In this document: positions 21,350 through 30,173 of the stretch, piece by piece
Layout: the number at the start of each line of letters is the position of its first letter
Numbering within the stretch: the first letter of the stretch is position 1
Sequence record: SRR22947727_2435
Length of the DNA: 64,000 nt
Direction: 5' to 3' (one strand)
Notes under the pieces: generated by a model
The model's database searches: none
Seen by the model: only the letters and a program-made list of their open reading frames with translations
What the model was told of the DNA's origin: nothing
Program-made: the position numbers and the translations under genes

Positions 21350-23236
21350 ATGAGTATGGGTTTCGGTTCACGTCGACGCGGCATGAACTATCGAGACACC
21401 GACGATGGTTCACCACGAGCCACTTTTCGTCAGCTCATGCCTTTTCTGCTCGAGCACAAGCGGGTTCTTACGCTCGTCATCATTCTCAGCACTGCCGGGG
21501 CTTTCACCACGCTCGCTCAACCCCTCGTGGTGAGTCAGGTCATCACCGTTGTTGAAGCTGCGGAGCCTCTGGGCAACCTGGTCTGGATTCTTGTGGCACT
21601 GGTCATGGCCTCAGCAGCATTGTCGGGATTCCGCCATTACCTGCTGCAGCGAACAGGCGAGGGAGTCGTTCTCTCCTCACGTAAAGCGCTGGTCCGCCGG
21701 ATGCTCAATCTCCCCATCTCCGAGTTCGACCAGCGTCGAACCGGAGATCTTGTCTCTCGAGTGGGCAGCGACACCACACTCCTTCGAGCCGTCCTCACAC
21801 AGGGGCTTGTGGAGGCCGTGGGTGGAGCTCTCACCTTTGTTGGCGCCGTTGCCGCCATGATTTACCTCGACGGATTCCTTTTCCTATTGACAGCACTCGT
21901 TGTCAGCATTGCAGTCACCGCAGTAGTCACACTGTCCCGGCGAATTCGAGTCGCTAGTCGCAAAGCTCAAGACAAGGTGGGGGATCTCACCTCCAGCGTG
22001 GAGCGGGCCATCAGCGCCGTGCGGACAGTCCGCGCCGCCAACGCAACGGAACGCGAGATTCAGAGCGTCGAGAAGGATGCTGAGGGTGCCTGGAAGCTCG
22101 GTCTTGATGTCGCGAAGATATCTGCTCTGGTTGTCCCCGTCTCCGGTATTGCTCTGCAGGTCGCGTTCCTTGTCGTTCTTGGAGTTGGCGGATTCAGGGT
22201 TGCTAGCGGTTCCCTCCCAGTCGCTGACTTAGTCGCCTTTATTCTTTTCCTCTTCATGATGATCATGCCCCTGGGGCAGGCGTTTGGTGCGATTAGCTCT
22301 GTGAATCAAGCTCTGGGAGCTTTGGGCCGCATCCAAGAAATCATCTCGTTGCCGAGTGAAACCGACTCTGACCTGGTGACGGAAAAAACTGCCCCCACGA
22401 ACCAGGGTGCTGCGGCGATTGAATTCGAGTCCGTGTCCTTTAGATACCCCGAGTCTGCGCACAAAACCGAAGCCGAAAAAGTCCTCGCCGAAACTCTCGG
22501 CACCCACGACCTTGAATCACTCACCACTGGCGAGGTGGCGCTTCCCCCTCAGCGGGCGAGCGTCCTCCAGGACGTCTCCTTCCGCATCCCTGTGGGAAGC
22601 AAGACCGCAATTGTCGGACCCAGTGGTGCGGGGAAGAGCAGCCTCCTCTCTCTCCTAGAGCGCTTCTATGACCCACAATCGGGCACCATTCGAGTGTTTG
22701 GGCACGACATCACTGCTCTCTCGCGAGAGTCTCTGCGGTCACTCTTTGGCTATGTCGAGCAGGATGCCCCCGTTCTCGCGGGAAGCATTCGCGACAATCT
22801 GCTGATTGGATCACCGAACGCAAGCGAACAGGACCTGCTGAGCGTTCTCGATGAGGTCAATCTGACGGGAATCTTGGATCGGGACCCTCTCGGACTCGAC
22901 GCTGAAGTTGGCGAAGGTGGAGTTCTACTCTCCGGTGGTGAGCGCCAGCGCCTCGCGATAGCGAGGACTCTGCTTCAAGCTCCGCCCATCCTTCTCCTCG
23001 ATGAGTCCACCTCCTCACTTGATGGACCTAACGAGTTGCTCATGAAGACCGCCATTGACAAGGTCTCCCAGAACCGAACCCTTGTCGTGATTGCTCACCG
23101 TCTGGCCACCGTGGTCGATAGTGACCAGATCATCGTCGTAAACGGTGGGCAGGTCGATGCAGTGGGAACTCACGACGAGCTGTTGGTGAGCTCAGCGCTC
23201 TACAAAGACCTCGCCGAGCACCAGCTCCTGGTCTAG
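21350..23236 (+). CDS. ABC exporter, fused permease/ATPase (MdlB-like)
   Basis: N-terminal TM domain, then GPSGAGKS, LSGGERQR, LLLDE and IAHRL motifs. Confidence 0.93.
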   Translation: MSMGFGSRRRGMNYRDTDDGSPRATFRQLMPFLLEHKRVLTLVIILSTAGAFTTLAQPLVVSQVITVVEAAEPLGNLVWILVALVMASAALSGFRHYLLQRTGEGVVLSSRKALVRRMLNLPISEFDQRRTGDLVSRVGSDTTLLRAVLTQGLVEAVGGALTFVGAVAAMIYLDGFLFLLTALVVSIAVTAVVTLSRRIRVASRKAQDKVGDLTSSVERAISAVRTVRAANATEREIQSVEKDAEGAWKLGLDVAKISALVVPVSGIALQVAFLVVLGVGGFRVASGSLPVADLVAFILFLFMMIMPLGQAFGAISSVNQALGALGRIQEIISLPSETDSDLVTEKTAPTNQGAAAIEFESVSFRYPESAHKTEAEKVLAETLGTHDLESLTTGEVALPPQRASVLQDVSFRIPVGSKTAIVGPSGAGKSSLLSLLERFYDPQSGTIRVFGHDITALSRESLRSLFGYVEQDAPVLAGSIRDNLLIGSPNASEQDLLSVLDEVNLTGILDRDPLGLDAEVGEGGVLLSGGERQRLAIARTLLQAPPILLLDESTSSLDGPNELLMKTAIDKVSQNRTLVVIAHRLATVVDSDQIIVVNGGQVDAVGTHDELLVSSALYKDLAEHQLLV

Positions 23237-24061
23237 CTACTGAGGTTTAGCGGAGGGTCCCCGCAACGCTAAGCGAAGTCGGTTGGTGACACGGCGCCAC
23301 GCATACCGAATGAAGAGCCCGGCAAAGTCCAGAGGTGTCAGCGTGAAGCGATTCTGGAGGACCCGCTTGCGATAGAGCTTCTCGCTGGCTTGAGATACGA
23401 AACCTTTGTATTGGTCATGATCCCCCGCCATGAAGGATCCATGGCCGTGGTGATAGTAGGTGCCCTCGAGGTAGAAGGAACCCCGGTATCCATTGAACGC
23501 CGGAGTGTGCTCCAGCAGAGTCACGGGTCTCCCTGTCTCTTGCAGCTGCTTACCCACTCGTCGGCCCGTATCCGGAGCTCCTTTTCGGGTTGCTCGCTCC
23601 AAATAGCCCTCCGAGAAATTGACTGTGCCGCGAAGCTCGGTGGGGAACACCATCAAACACGGGTGAGTCTGAGACTTACTTCCGGGCACCAGTGCCAGCG
23701 AGATATCGTCCAGTTTGGAAATCCATGAAGGACTGACAGGGAAAGCATCTGAGTCCATCACGATGATGTGAGAGGTCGTGAATGTTCCCTGCTGGAGTGC
23801 TCTATCGAGTGCTGCAGGGTGGTCATGTCCTTCGACCGCAATTTGCGCTGCGTCAGGGTCAAACGTCAATACCTCGGTTACGAGTGGCATGGCGCGAAGC
23901 TCCGTGGCTGCATTTCGCGACTGATCCACAATGACCGCAGCGGTCACGGCACCCCCGGAGAGCGCCTGGACCTGAGTCAGCATGTGCTGGATCCAGAAAA
24001 GGTCCCCGTAGTGACACGACACAACGGTGTAGGTGGGAGCCTCAGTTGTCGGCAAAAACAA
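23237..24061 (-). CDS. Hypothetical protein, putative GT-A-fold glycosyltransferase
   Basis: 274 aa; IVDQ, HPAALD and IIVMDSDAFP (DxD) pattern; basic amphipathic C-terminus. Confidence 0.55.
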   Translation of the reverse strand: MFLPTTEAPTYTVVSCHYGDLFWIQHMLTQVQALSGGAVTAAVIVDQSRNAATELRAMPLVTEVLTFDPDAAQIAVEGHDHPAALDRALQQGTFTTSHIIVMDSDAFPVSPSWISKLDDISLALVPGSKSQTHPCLMVFPTELRGTVNFSEGYLERATRKGAPDTGRRVGKQLQETGRPVTLLEHTPAFNGYRGSFYLEGTYYHHGHGSFMAGDHDQYKGFVSQASEKLYRKRVLQNRFTLTPLDFAGLFIRYAWRRVTNRLRLALRGPSAKPQ

Positions 24062-24623
24062 CTCCCGCCTCTGTCATCTCACCACGAGCAGTCCGCTCAG
24101 TGTCGGGGGACACAGCAGCGACCAGGTCGTTGATAACTCGGACAGAAAACCCTGCAGCTTTGGCATCAAGTGCACTGGCTCGAACGCAGTGGTCGGTGGC
24201 AATCCCCACCACATCGACCTCTGTCACTCCAGCGTTGGTCAAGATCTCTGCAACAGTGTGACCGTCATCGCTTTGACCCTCAAACATCGAATAGGAGGGC
24301 ATTCCTTGACCCTTCCTGACATGGATTGTGTGATCCGGAAGCGTGAGCTCGGGGTGGTACTCGGCACCCATGGTTCCTGCGACACAGTGGACAGGCCAGG
24401 TGGTCACGAAATTAGGTGCTTCGCCGTCCTGGGCAAAGTGTCCTCCGTTGTCGTTTTCGGCATCGTGCCAATCTCGCGAGGCAACGACAACTGCATAGTC
24501 AGAACCGTGCGCTGCGATGTGATTCGTTATGCCGCTTGCCACCCGAGCACCTCCGTCAACACCGAGGGCTCCGCCCTCGCAAAAATCATTCTGAACATCC
24601 ACAACTAACAGTCCACGCATCAC
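24042..24623 (-). CDS. pncA: Nicotinamidase/pyrazinamidase
   Basis: VVDVQNDFCEGGAL, DWH, WPVHC and GIATDHCV motifs. Confidence 0.93.
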   Translation of the reverse strand: MMRGLLVVDVQNDFCEGGALGVDGGARVASGITNHIAAHGSDYAVVVASRDWHDAENDNGGHFAQDGEAPNFVTTWPVHCVAGTMGAEYHPELTLPDHTIHVRKGQGMPSYSMFEGQSDDGHTVAEILTNAGVTEVDVVGIATDHCVRASALDAKAAGFSVRVINDLVAAVSPDTERTARGEMTEAGVVFADN

Positions 24624-24640
24624 ATCACCTCACTTTGTGG

Positions 24641-26080
24641 CTAAAAGTCTGCCAGGTTTGCCCCGCAGGAATACACGCCCGTCACCACGGTCTCGAGAGC
24701 AGTCCTCGCATCGTCACTGACCTCACCTAATGCGAAGAAGGCGAATACGAGGTCGGTGACATCCTCTGCCGTTACCCAGCCCGCTAATGACCGAGTGCCT
24801 TGAATACTTCCGGTCTTCGCCAATACTCTGCCCTGCGCCACCGCGTTGTCTCCGGTGAACCGATCATCAAGCGACCCATCCACACCGGCTACGGGCAATC
24901 CATCAGCCAGCAGGCCAATCTCACCTTCACTGCGATAGACCTCAGCCAGAACTGAGGCGACGAAATCAGGAGTAACCAGAGTGAGGCCTGACAGTCCGGA
25001 GGCATCATCAAAATAGAGTCCCTCGTTCGGGATACCTAACGTCGAGAGTGAAGTCTGGAGTGCATCGTCAACGGAGTCTCCCGACCCGTCAAAGCCCAGT
25101 GTGAGAGAAATCTGTCGACCCAGCATCTCCGCGAGGGTGTTGTCACTCTCCTTGACCATGTAGCCCACAAGCTCGGACACGGGCCTCGAAGAGACTGATG
25201 CCACAGGCGCAGAGCCCTCTGGGTTCCCCTCGTAGGTGATGGTCACAAAACGTGCAGCGTTACCTGCTTGGCGAAGGGCCGTGACGAAAGCCGATGCAGC
25301 CCTCCCCATGGGGTCTCCGCTTCGTTGCCCCATCACAGCGGAGGGGTTGAAGCGGTCGCCATCAATCTGGAGAGGCGTGATGCGTGAGATGTAGCCATTC
25401 GTCCTGGCACTTGAGGCCCACGCGTCTCGCCAGTTGTCCTCAGCGTCCCACAGGCTTGCATCGACGACCAGCTCCCGAATAGTGACGTCCTCATCCTCAG
25501 GAAGTGAAGCCTCTAGTGCGGCAATGGTTTGCTCCGCGAGGTCAGCAAGCTTTGCTGCTCCCTGATAAACGCTCTCTGAGCCCTCAGGGGTGGCACTCAG
25601 GGTGAGGTCACCGCCTGCTCGAAGTACCAACACCTCAGGGTCACCAGTGGAGAGGGTGCTGGTGGGAAAAGTTGTGTCAGGTCCCAGGGTCGCAAGCGCA
25701 GCAACACCGGTCAGAACCTTATGAACGCTGGCAGGTGCGAGAAGGGTGTCCATGCCGCGATCAAGAAGCACTTCGTTCGTCACAGGGTCAATGACTACTC
25801 CGAAGAATTCGCCGAGTTCTGGTGATTCCAGGAGGGGCGAGACGGAGCAGGTCGGGATTCGCAGTGCCGCCAGCTCAATAGCGGGAACCTCTCGGACTGG
25901 AGCGCTCTCCACTGTCGCTACTGGCTCGACTGCGACCGTGTCAGCAAGCGCTTCGGCCGACAACCCCGCGGTGGAAACACCTGCACCGAAGGCTCCACCA
26001 GCCCCAAGCACCACTGTCAACCCGAGTGCGACGAAGCCCAGAATCGTCCGGGCTTTCCCGGTAGAGGGAGACTGGGGCAT
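24641..26080 (-). CDS. dacB: D-alanyl-D-alanine carboxypeptidase/endopeptidase (peptidase S13)
   Basis: PASVHK (SxxK), SDN, DASGLS and AKTGS motifs; N-terminal anchor. Confidence 0.92.
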   Translation of the reverse strand: MPQSPSTGKARTILGFVALGLTVVLGAGGAFGAGVSTAGLSAEALADTVAVEPVATVESAPVREVPAIELAALRIPTCSVSPLLESPELGEFFGVVIDPVTNEVLLDRGMDTLLAPASVHKVLTGVAALATLGPDTTFPTSTLSTGDPEVLVLRAGGDLTLSATPEGSESVYQGAAKLADLAEQTIAALEASLPEDEDVTIRELVVDASLWDAEDNWRDAWASSARTNGYISRITPLQIDGDRFNPSAVMGQRSGDPMGRAASAFVTALRQAGNAARFVTITYEGNPEGSAPVASVSSRPVSELVGYMVKESDNTLAEMLGRQISLTLGFDGSGDSVDDALQTSLSTLGIPNEGLYFDDASGLSGLTLVTPDFVASVLAEVYRSEGEIGLLADGLPVAGVDGSLDDRFTGDNAVAQGRVLAKTGSIQGTRSLAGWVTAEDVTDLVFAFFALGEVSDDARTALETVVTGVYSCGANLADF

Positions 26081-26098
26081 ATAGCCCAGACTACCGAG

Positions 26099-27475
26099 CT
26101 ATGGCCTGGTTACTTCGGAAGCCAAATCGGTGAGGATTCGCTCGGCCCACCACGCAACGTCATGGGTTCGGACCTCTTCTCGAAGGGCCAACATCCTGCA
26201 TTGCTGCTCTTCTGGCGTCATGGCTGTGGCCTGCAGCATCGCGCTCTGAAGTTCCACTGAAGTGGTCGGATCTGCGATGAGTGCATCCACCATGCGATCC
26301 GCAGCGCCCGTGAAGGGGCTGAGGATCAGCACCCCGGACTCATCGTTTTTGCAAGCAACGAATTCTTTGGCGACCAAGTTCATGCCGTCTCGCAGTGAAC
26401 TCACCACCATCACATCACCAGCCACGAAGAGAGCAAGCATCTCGGCTCGCTCCAGGTTTTGTGCACTGTAGATGACTGCGGGACGACCATCGGAACTCTG
26501 AAACTCCTGGTTGATGCGTGACACGATCGCATCGATTCGCGCTCTCAAAGCCTGATAGCTCGGCACGTTCTCTCGTGATGGGCTTCCTGCCTGCACCATC
26601 ACCGTGTCCTCGACAGTGACCTGACCAGAACGTAGGAGCGCTTCGTATGCTTCTAGGCGCTCAGGGATTCCTTTGGTGTAGTCAATACGGTCAACCCCGA
26701 GGAACACTGTCCGAGGGTCGCCCCACTCACTCCGAAGCTCAGCTGCTCGAGCGAGGACATGGGGGTCCCCCGATGCCGTCGACACGGCAGTGAAGTCCAG
26801 CGATATCGGGTAGGTCTCTGCTCTCACTGACACGTCCGCACCGAGGAATTTGCCCGCCGCCTTAAGGAAATTGTCGCAATCTCCCTTCCGCTGAAATCCT
26901 GCAATATCAGCCGCAGCAGTGCCATCCAGGAGCTCTGCGTGCTGGGGCAGTGATTGGAGTGTTTGAGGTGCGCAGAAGGGAATGTGGTGGAAATACCCGA
27001 TGGTGACATCGGGTCGAAGTGCTCGCAGTAACCCTGGCACCAGCATCATTTGGTAGTCATGAACCCAGACAATCCCCCCGGGTGCCACCACCTCTGCAGC
27101 ACGATGGGCGAAGGTTGCATTGACCTCCTGGTAGGCCTCCCACCAGGACTCGTGAAACTCTGGCTCGACTCCCACATCGTGAAACAGTGGCCAGAGTGTT
27201 CCATTGCTAAAACCTTCGTAGTGTCGCTCCACGAGGTCATGACTGAGTGAGACAGGAAAGAGCGCAATGCCCTCGACCTCAGCTGGTTCTCTGTCAGCAG
27301 ACTCGGTTCCATCCCAGCCCACCCACGCGGCATCTCTGCCCTGCAGGGAGGGTGCAACCGCAGCGACGAGACCACCGGGTGAGAGTGTGGGGACCCGGGC
27401 GCCATGCTCATCCACAGAAAAGGACACCGGAAGGCGATTAGACACCACCACCAGGGGAAAAGTGGCATTGGTCAT
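26099..27475 (-). CDS. otsA: Trehalose-6-phosphate synthase
   Basis: VVSNRLP, WVHDY, HIPF, GVDRIDYTKGI and DGMNLVAKEF motifs; start set at ATG 27475. Confidence 0.94.
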   Translation of the reverse strand: MTNATFPLVVVSNRLPVSFSVDEHGARVPTLSPGGLVAAVAPSLQGRDAAWVGWDGTESADREPAEVEGIALFPVSLSHDLVERHYEGFSNGTLWPLFHDVGVEPEFHESWWEAYQEVNATFAHRAAEVVAPGGIVWVHDYQMMLVPGLLRALRPDVTIGYFHHIPFCAPQTLQSLPQHAELLDGTAAADIAGFQRKGDCDNFLKAAGKFLGADVSVRAETYPISLDFTAVSTASGDPHVLARAAELRSEWGDPRTVFLGVDRIDYTKGIPERLEAYEALLRSGQVTVEDTVMVQAGSPSRENVPSYQALRARIDAIVSRINQEFQSSDGRPAVIYSAQNLERAEMLALFVAGDVMVVSSLRDGMNLVAKEFVACKNDESGVLILSPFTGAADRMVDALIADPTTSVELQSAMLQATAMTPEEQQCRMLALREEVRTHDVAWWAERILTDLASEVTRP

Positions 27476-27558
27476 TTCGCTCGGCACCCTTCGGAGAGTA
27501 GCAGGGTCACCACACTCGCACCCTTTTGCCTCCAAGGCTTCGGTCCTAGGCTAGTAGC

Positions 27559-27738
27559 ATGCGCGAGTACCTCTTTAGTGCCTCCATCCTCAGTGCCCTG
27601 ACGGCCGGGATTGGGCTTTTGCGGAAAACTCTGCGCTCGCCCCTGAGTTGGCACGTGTGGTTACTCTGGGCAAGCTGGGTGATCTCCCTGGTGCTGGCCA
27701 TCGCAGCAGTGCGCGATCGACGCAGTTTTGACCGCTAA
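27559..27738 (+). CDS. Small membrane protein, 59 aa (missed by ORF track)
   Basis: MREYLFSASILSALTAGIGLLRKTLRSPLSWHVWLLWASWVISLVLAIAAVRDRRSFDR; TAGGCT -10 box (27547-27552) 6 nt before ATG; fills the otsA-tRNA gap. Confidence 0.75.
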   Translation: MREYLFSASILSALTAGIGLLRKTLRSPLSWHVWLLWASWVISLVLAIAAVRDRRSFDR

Positions 27739-27748
27739 CACTCTGGAG

Positions 27749-27824
27749 TGGGGCCGGCTACGGGACTTGAACCCGTAACCTTCCGATTACAAGTCGGATG
27801 CGCTACCAATTGCGCCAAGCCGGC
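27749..27824 (-). tRNA. tRNA-Thr(TGT)
   Basis: GCCGGCTTGGCGCAATTGGTAGCGCATCCGACTTGTAATCGGAAGGTTACGGGTTCAAGTCCCGTAGCCGGCCCCA; cloverleaf, anticodon TGT, encoded CCA. Confidence 0.97.
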
Positions 27825-27869
27825 ACGCTCCAGCGAACCAAAGCACTCTCAGACTAGCGGAGGAGTGTT

Positions 27870-28733
27870 TTACTCGCTCTCCTCCAGAGAGGCCACAAAG
27901 CTCGCCAAGTCACCGTGCACGTCGGGCTTGTACTGCTTGCCATTCACCAATACTGCCGGCGTTCCGGTCACCAAAGGGATCTCAGAATCCCGAACAGGAA
28001 CCGGTCCTGTGCTCATCGCACGGGCGGTCGCTTGGGAGACCCAGTTGGAGAAGGTTCCATCGGCAATACATGCTTCGACCTGCTCCAGGTTCTGAACCCC
28101 AGCGGCCTCAGCGAGCTGCACCATCTGGTCATCCGTCAGCTCATAGGAGGCCGGGGCAACAGGCTGGCTGCGCAGCAGCAAGTCGTTGTAGGTGAAGAAG
28201 GTGTCGGGTGAGAACTCTGCCACACACGCAGCACTGTTGCCAGCACGAGTGGCATAACGGGTGCCCGCTGTTTGAGCGTCACGGAAGGACAGGATGTGGT
28301 ACTCCACCGTGGCGGTGCCACTGTCTGCCCAGGTGCGCAGGAGCTCACCGTAAACGGACTCGAACTGTGCACACGCGGGGCAGGAGTAGTCGACAAAGAT
28401 GTTGATGGCGGGGACGCCATCGGCGTTCGGTTCTGAGGGAACAGGGAGCTCATCGGGAAGGAGAGCTGGGGTGCGCTCCGCGATGAGACCCTGTCCGATC
28501 TTGATGCCATCGCTTTGCATGTTGGCAGGACCGGGGCCTGGAGGACGTAGAGACGAGATGATGAGGACTGTCACCAAAGCAATCACACCAATCACTCCCA
28601 AGGCCAGAGAGGACTGAATGATGACCTTGTTGCGCTTGGACTTCTTGGACTGCTCTTCGCGCAGTGCGCGAGCCTTGTCTCGTGCCTCTTGGCGCTTCTG
28701 ATTCTTCGTGGGCTTCGATTCAGCAGCGTTCAC
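27870..28733 (-). CDS. Membrane-anchored DsbA-family thioredoxin-fold protein
   Basis: Basic N-terminus, one TM helix, DYSCPAC active site and GTP cis-Pro loop. Confidence 0.88.
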   Translation of the reverse strand: MNAAESKPTKNQKRQEARDKARALREEQSKKSKRNKVIIQSSLALGVIGVIALVTVLIISSLRPPGPGPANMQSDGIKIGQGLIAERTPALLPDELPVPSEPNADGVPAINIFVDYSCPACAQFESVYGELLRTWADSGTATVEYHILSFRDAQTAGTRYATRAGNSAACVAEFSPDTFFTYNDLLLRSQPVAPASYELTDDQMVQLAEAAGVQNLEQVEACIADGTFSNWVSQATARAMSTGPVPVRDSEIPLVTGTPAVLVNGKQYKPDVHGDLASFVASLEESE

Positions 28734-28925
28734 GTCAGGACTCTCTTTCGATAACTTTTCCCCAGCGGGGACCTCAGGTCGTCACGTATGGTGACAGAAA
28801 ATTCTTGGGACACGCTTGGATATCAAATCCAGCGCCCCATACTAGCCCGGTGACCAGAGCATTCCCTAGTTGAGGACGCCCCACCCTCCCGCATCGTCTG
28901 GATGACTGCCATACTGGTGGGTAGG

Positions 28926-28949
28926 TTCCTGACCAACGGTGGTCAGGAA
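28926..28949 (+). other. 10-bp hairpin in the msiK leader
   Basis: TTCCTGACCA-acgg-TGGTCAGGAA, followed by TTGTTT. Confidence 0.55.
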
Positions 28950-28954
28950 TTGTT

Positions 28955-29000
28955 TCCATTCACTACGGATCGTCCGGCACGTACCTGCCGGTGAAGGAGA
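28955..29000 (+). ncRNA. msiK RNA motif (cis-regulatory leader)
   Basis: TTCAC-TACGGATCGT-CCGGCA-CGTACC-TGCCGG-TGAAGGAG; the closing stem reaches into the RBS, immediately 5' of msiK, as for the actinobacterial msiK motif. Confidence 0.85.
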
Positions 29001-29005
29001 AAACA

Positions 29006-30109
29006 ATGGCGTCTGTGACGTTTGATAAGGCAAGTCGCATCTACCCGGGAACCACTGTCCCGGCTGTGGATGCTCTCGACCTCACCATCGATGATGGCGA
29101 GTTCCTCGTTCTCGTGGGCCCCTCGGGCTGCGGGAAGTCCACCTCACTTCGCATGCTCGCGGGCTTGGAAGAAATCGACGATGGACGAATCCTGATCGGT
29201 GACCGTGATGTCACCGATGTTGCACCAAAGGACAGGGACATCGCCATGGTGTTCCAGAACTACGCCCTCTACCCCCACATGACGGTGGCAGAGAATATGG
29301 GATTCGCTCTCAAGATTGCGGGCGTCAACAAGGATGAGCGAGCTTCTCGTGTCCTCGAAGCAGCCAAGCTGCTGGACCTCGAGCCCTACCTGGACCGTAA
29401 GCCCAAAGCCCTGTCCGGTGGTCAGCGTCAGAGGGTTGCCATGGGTCGCGCCATTGTGCGGGAGCCGCAGGTCTTCCTCATGGACGAGCCCCTGTCAAAC
29501 CTCGATGCGAAGCTCCGTGTTCAAACCAGAACTCAGATCGCTTCCCTGCAGCGGAGACTCGGTGTGACCACGGTCTATGTGACTCACGACCAGACTGAAG
29601 CGCTCACCATGGGTGATCGCATCGCGGTCTTGAAAGATGGTGTCCTCCAGCAGGTCGGAACGCCCCGTGATCTCTACGAGGCACCCGCTAACTCCTTTGT
29701 CGCAGGATTCATCGGCTCCCCCGCCATGAACCTCTTCGATGCTGATGTGGTCGAGGGTGGAGTTCAGTTTGGAACCGCCACCGTTAAGGTGGACCGCGAA
29801 ACCCTGTCTGGTGCCACCGGAAACCGTGTCACCGTCGGAATTCGACCTGAAGACCTCACCGTGTCGACCACGGGCACAGGTCTTCAGACGACCGTGGAGC
29901 TCGTCGAAGAGCTGGGAGCCGATGGCTACCTCTACGGCAGCACCGAAGTCAACGGAGAGAAGATCGAGATGGTGGTGCGAGTGGATGGGCGTGATCACCC
30001 AGTCGCAGGCGACAAAATCGCACTTCTCCCCATCGAGCACCACATGCACGTGTTCGACACGGCAACCGGTGTTCGTCTCACCAAAGAAGCAATTTCTGCC
30101 GGGTCCTAA
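29006..30109 (+). CDS. msiK: Multiple-sugar ABC transporter ATPase (MsiK/MalK)
   Basis: GPSGCGKST, VFQNYALYPH, LSGGQRQR, MDEPLSNLDAKLR motifs and a C-terminal TOBE region; ATG 29006 after GAAGGAG. Confidence 0.93.
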   Translation: MASVTFDKASRIYPGTTVPAVDALDLTIDDGEFLVLVGPSGCGKSTSLRMLAGLEEIDDGRILIGDRDVTDVAPKDRDIAMVFQNYALYPHMTVAENMGFALKIAGVNKDERASRVLEAAKLLDLEPYLDRKPKALSGGQRQRVAMGRAIVREPQVFLMDEPLSNLDAKLRVQTRTQIASLQRRLGVTTVYVTHDQTEALTMGDRIAVLKDGVLQQVGTPRDLYEAPANSFVAGFIGSPAMNLFDADVVEGGVQFGTATVKVDRETLSGATGNRVTVGIRPEDLTVSTTGTGLQTTVELVEELGADGYLYGSTEVNGEKIEMVVRVDGRDHPVAGDKIALLPIEHHMHVFDTATGVRLTKEAISAGS

Positions 30110-30120
30110 GGACCAGGCAC

Positions 30121-30159
30121 TGTGGGGTCACCAGTTCTACCTGGTGGCCCCACAGCTTT
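30121..30159 (+). terminator. Intercistronic hairpin after msiK (same family as 3753-3787)
   Basis: (C)TGTGGGGTCACCAG-ttctac-CTGGTGGCCCCACAG-CTTT. Confidence 0.7.
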
Positions 30160-30173
30160 GAGAGGAGACACGG

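Noticed and set aside
27749-27870. Island at tRNA-Thr
   Set aside because: Flanks are ordinary genes with typical composition; no att repeat seen.
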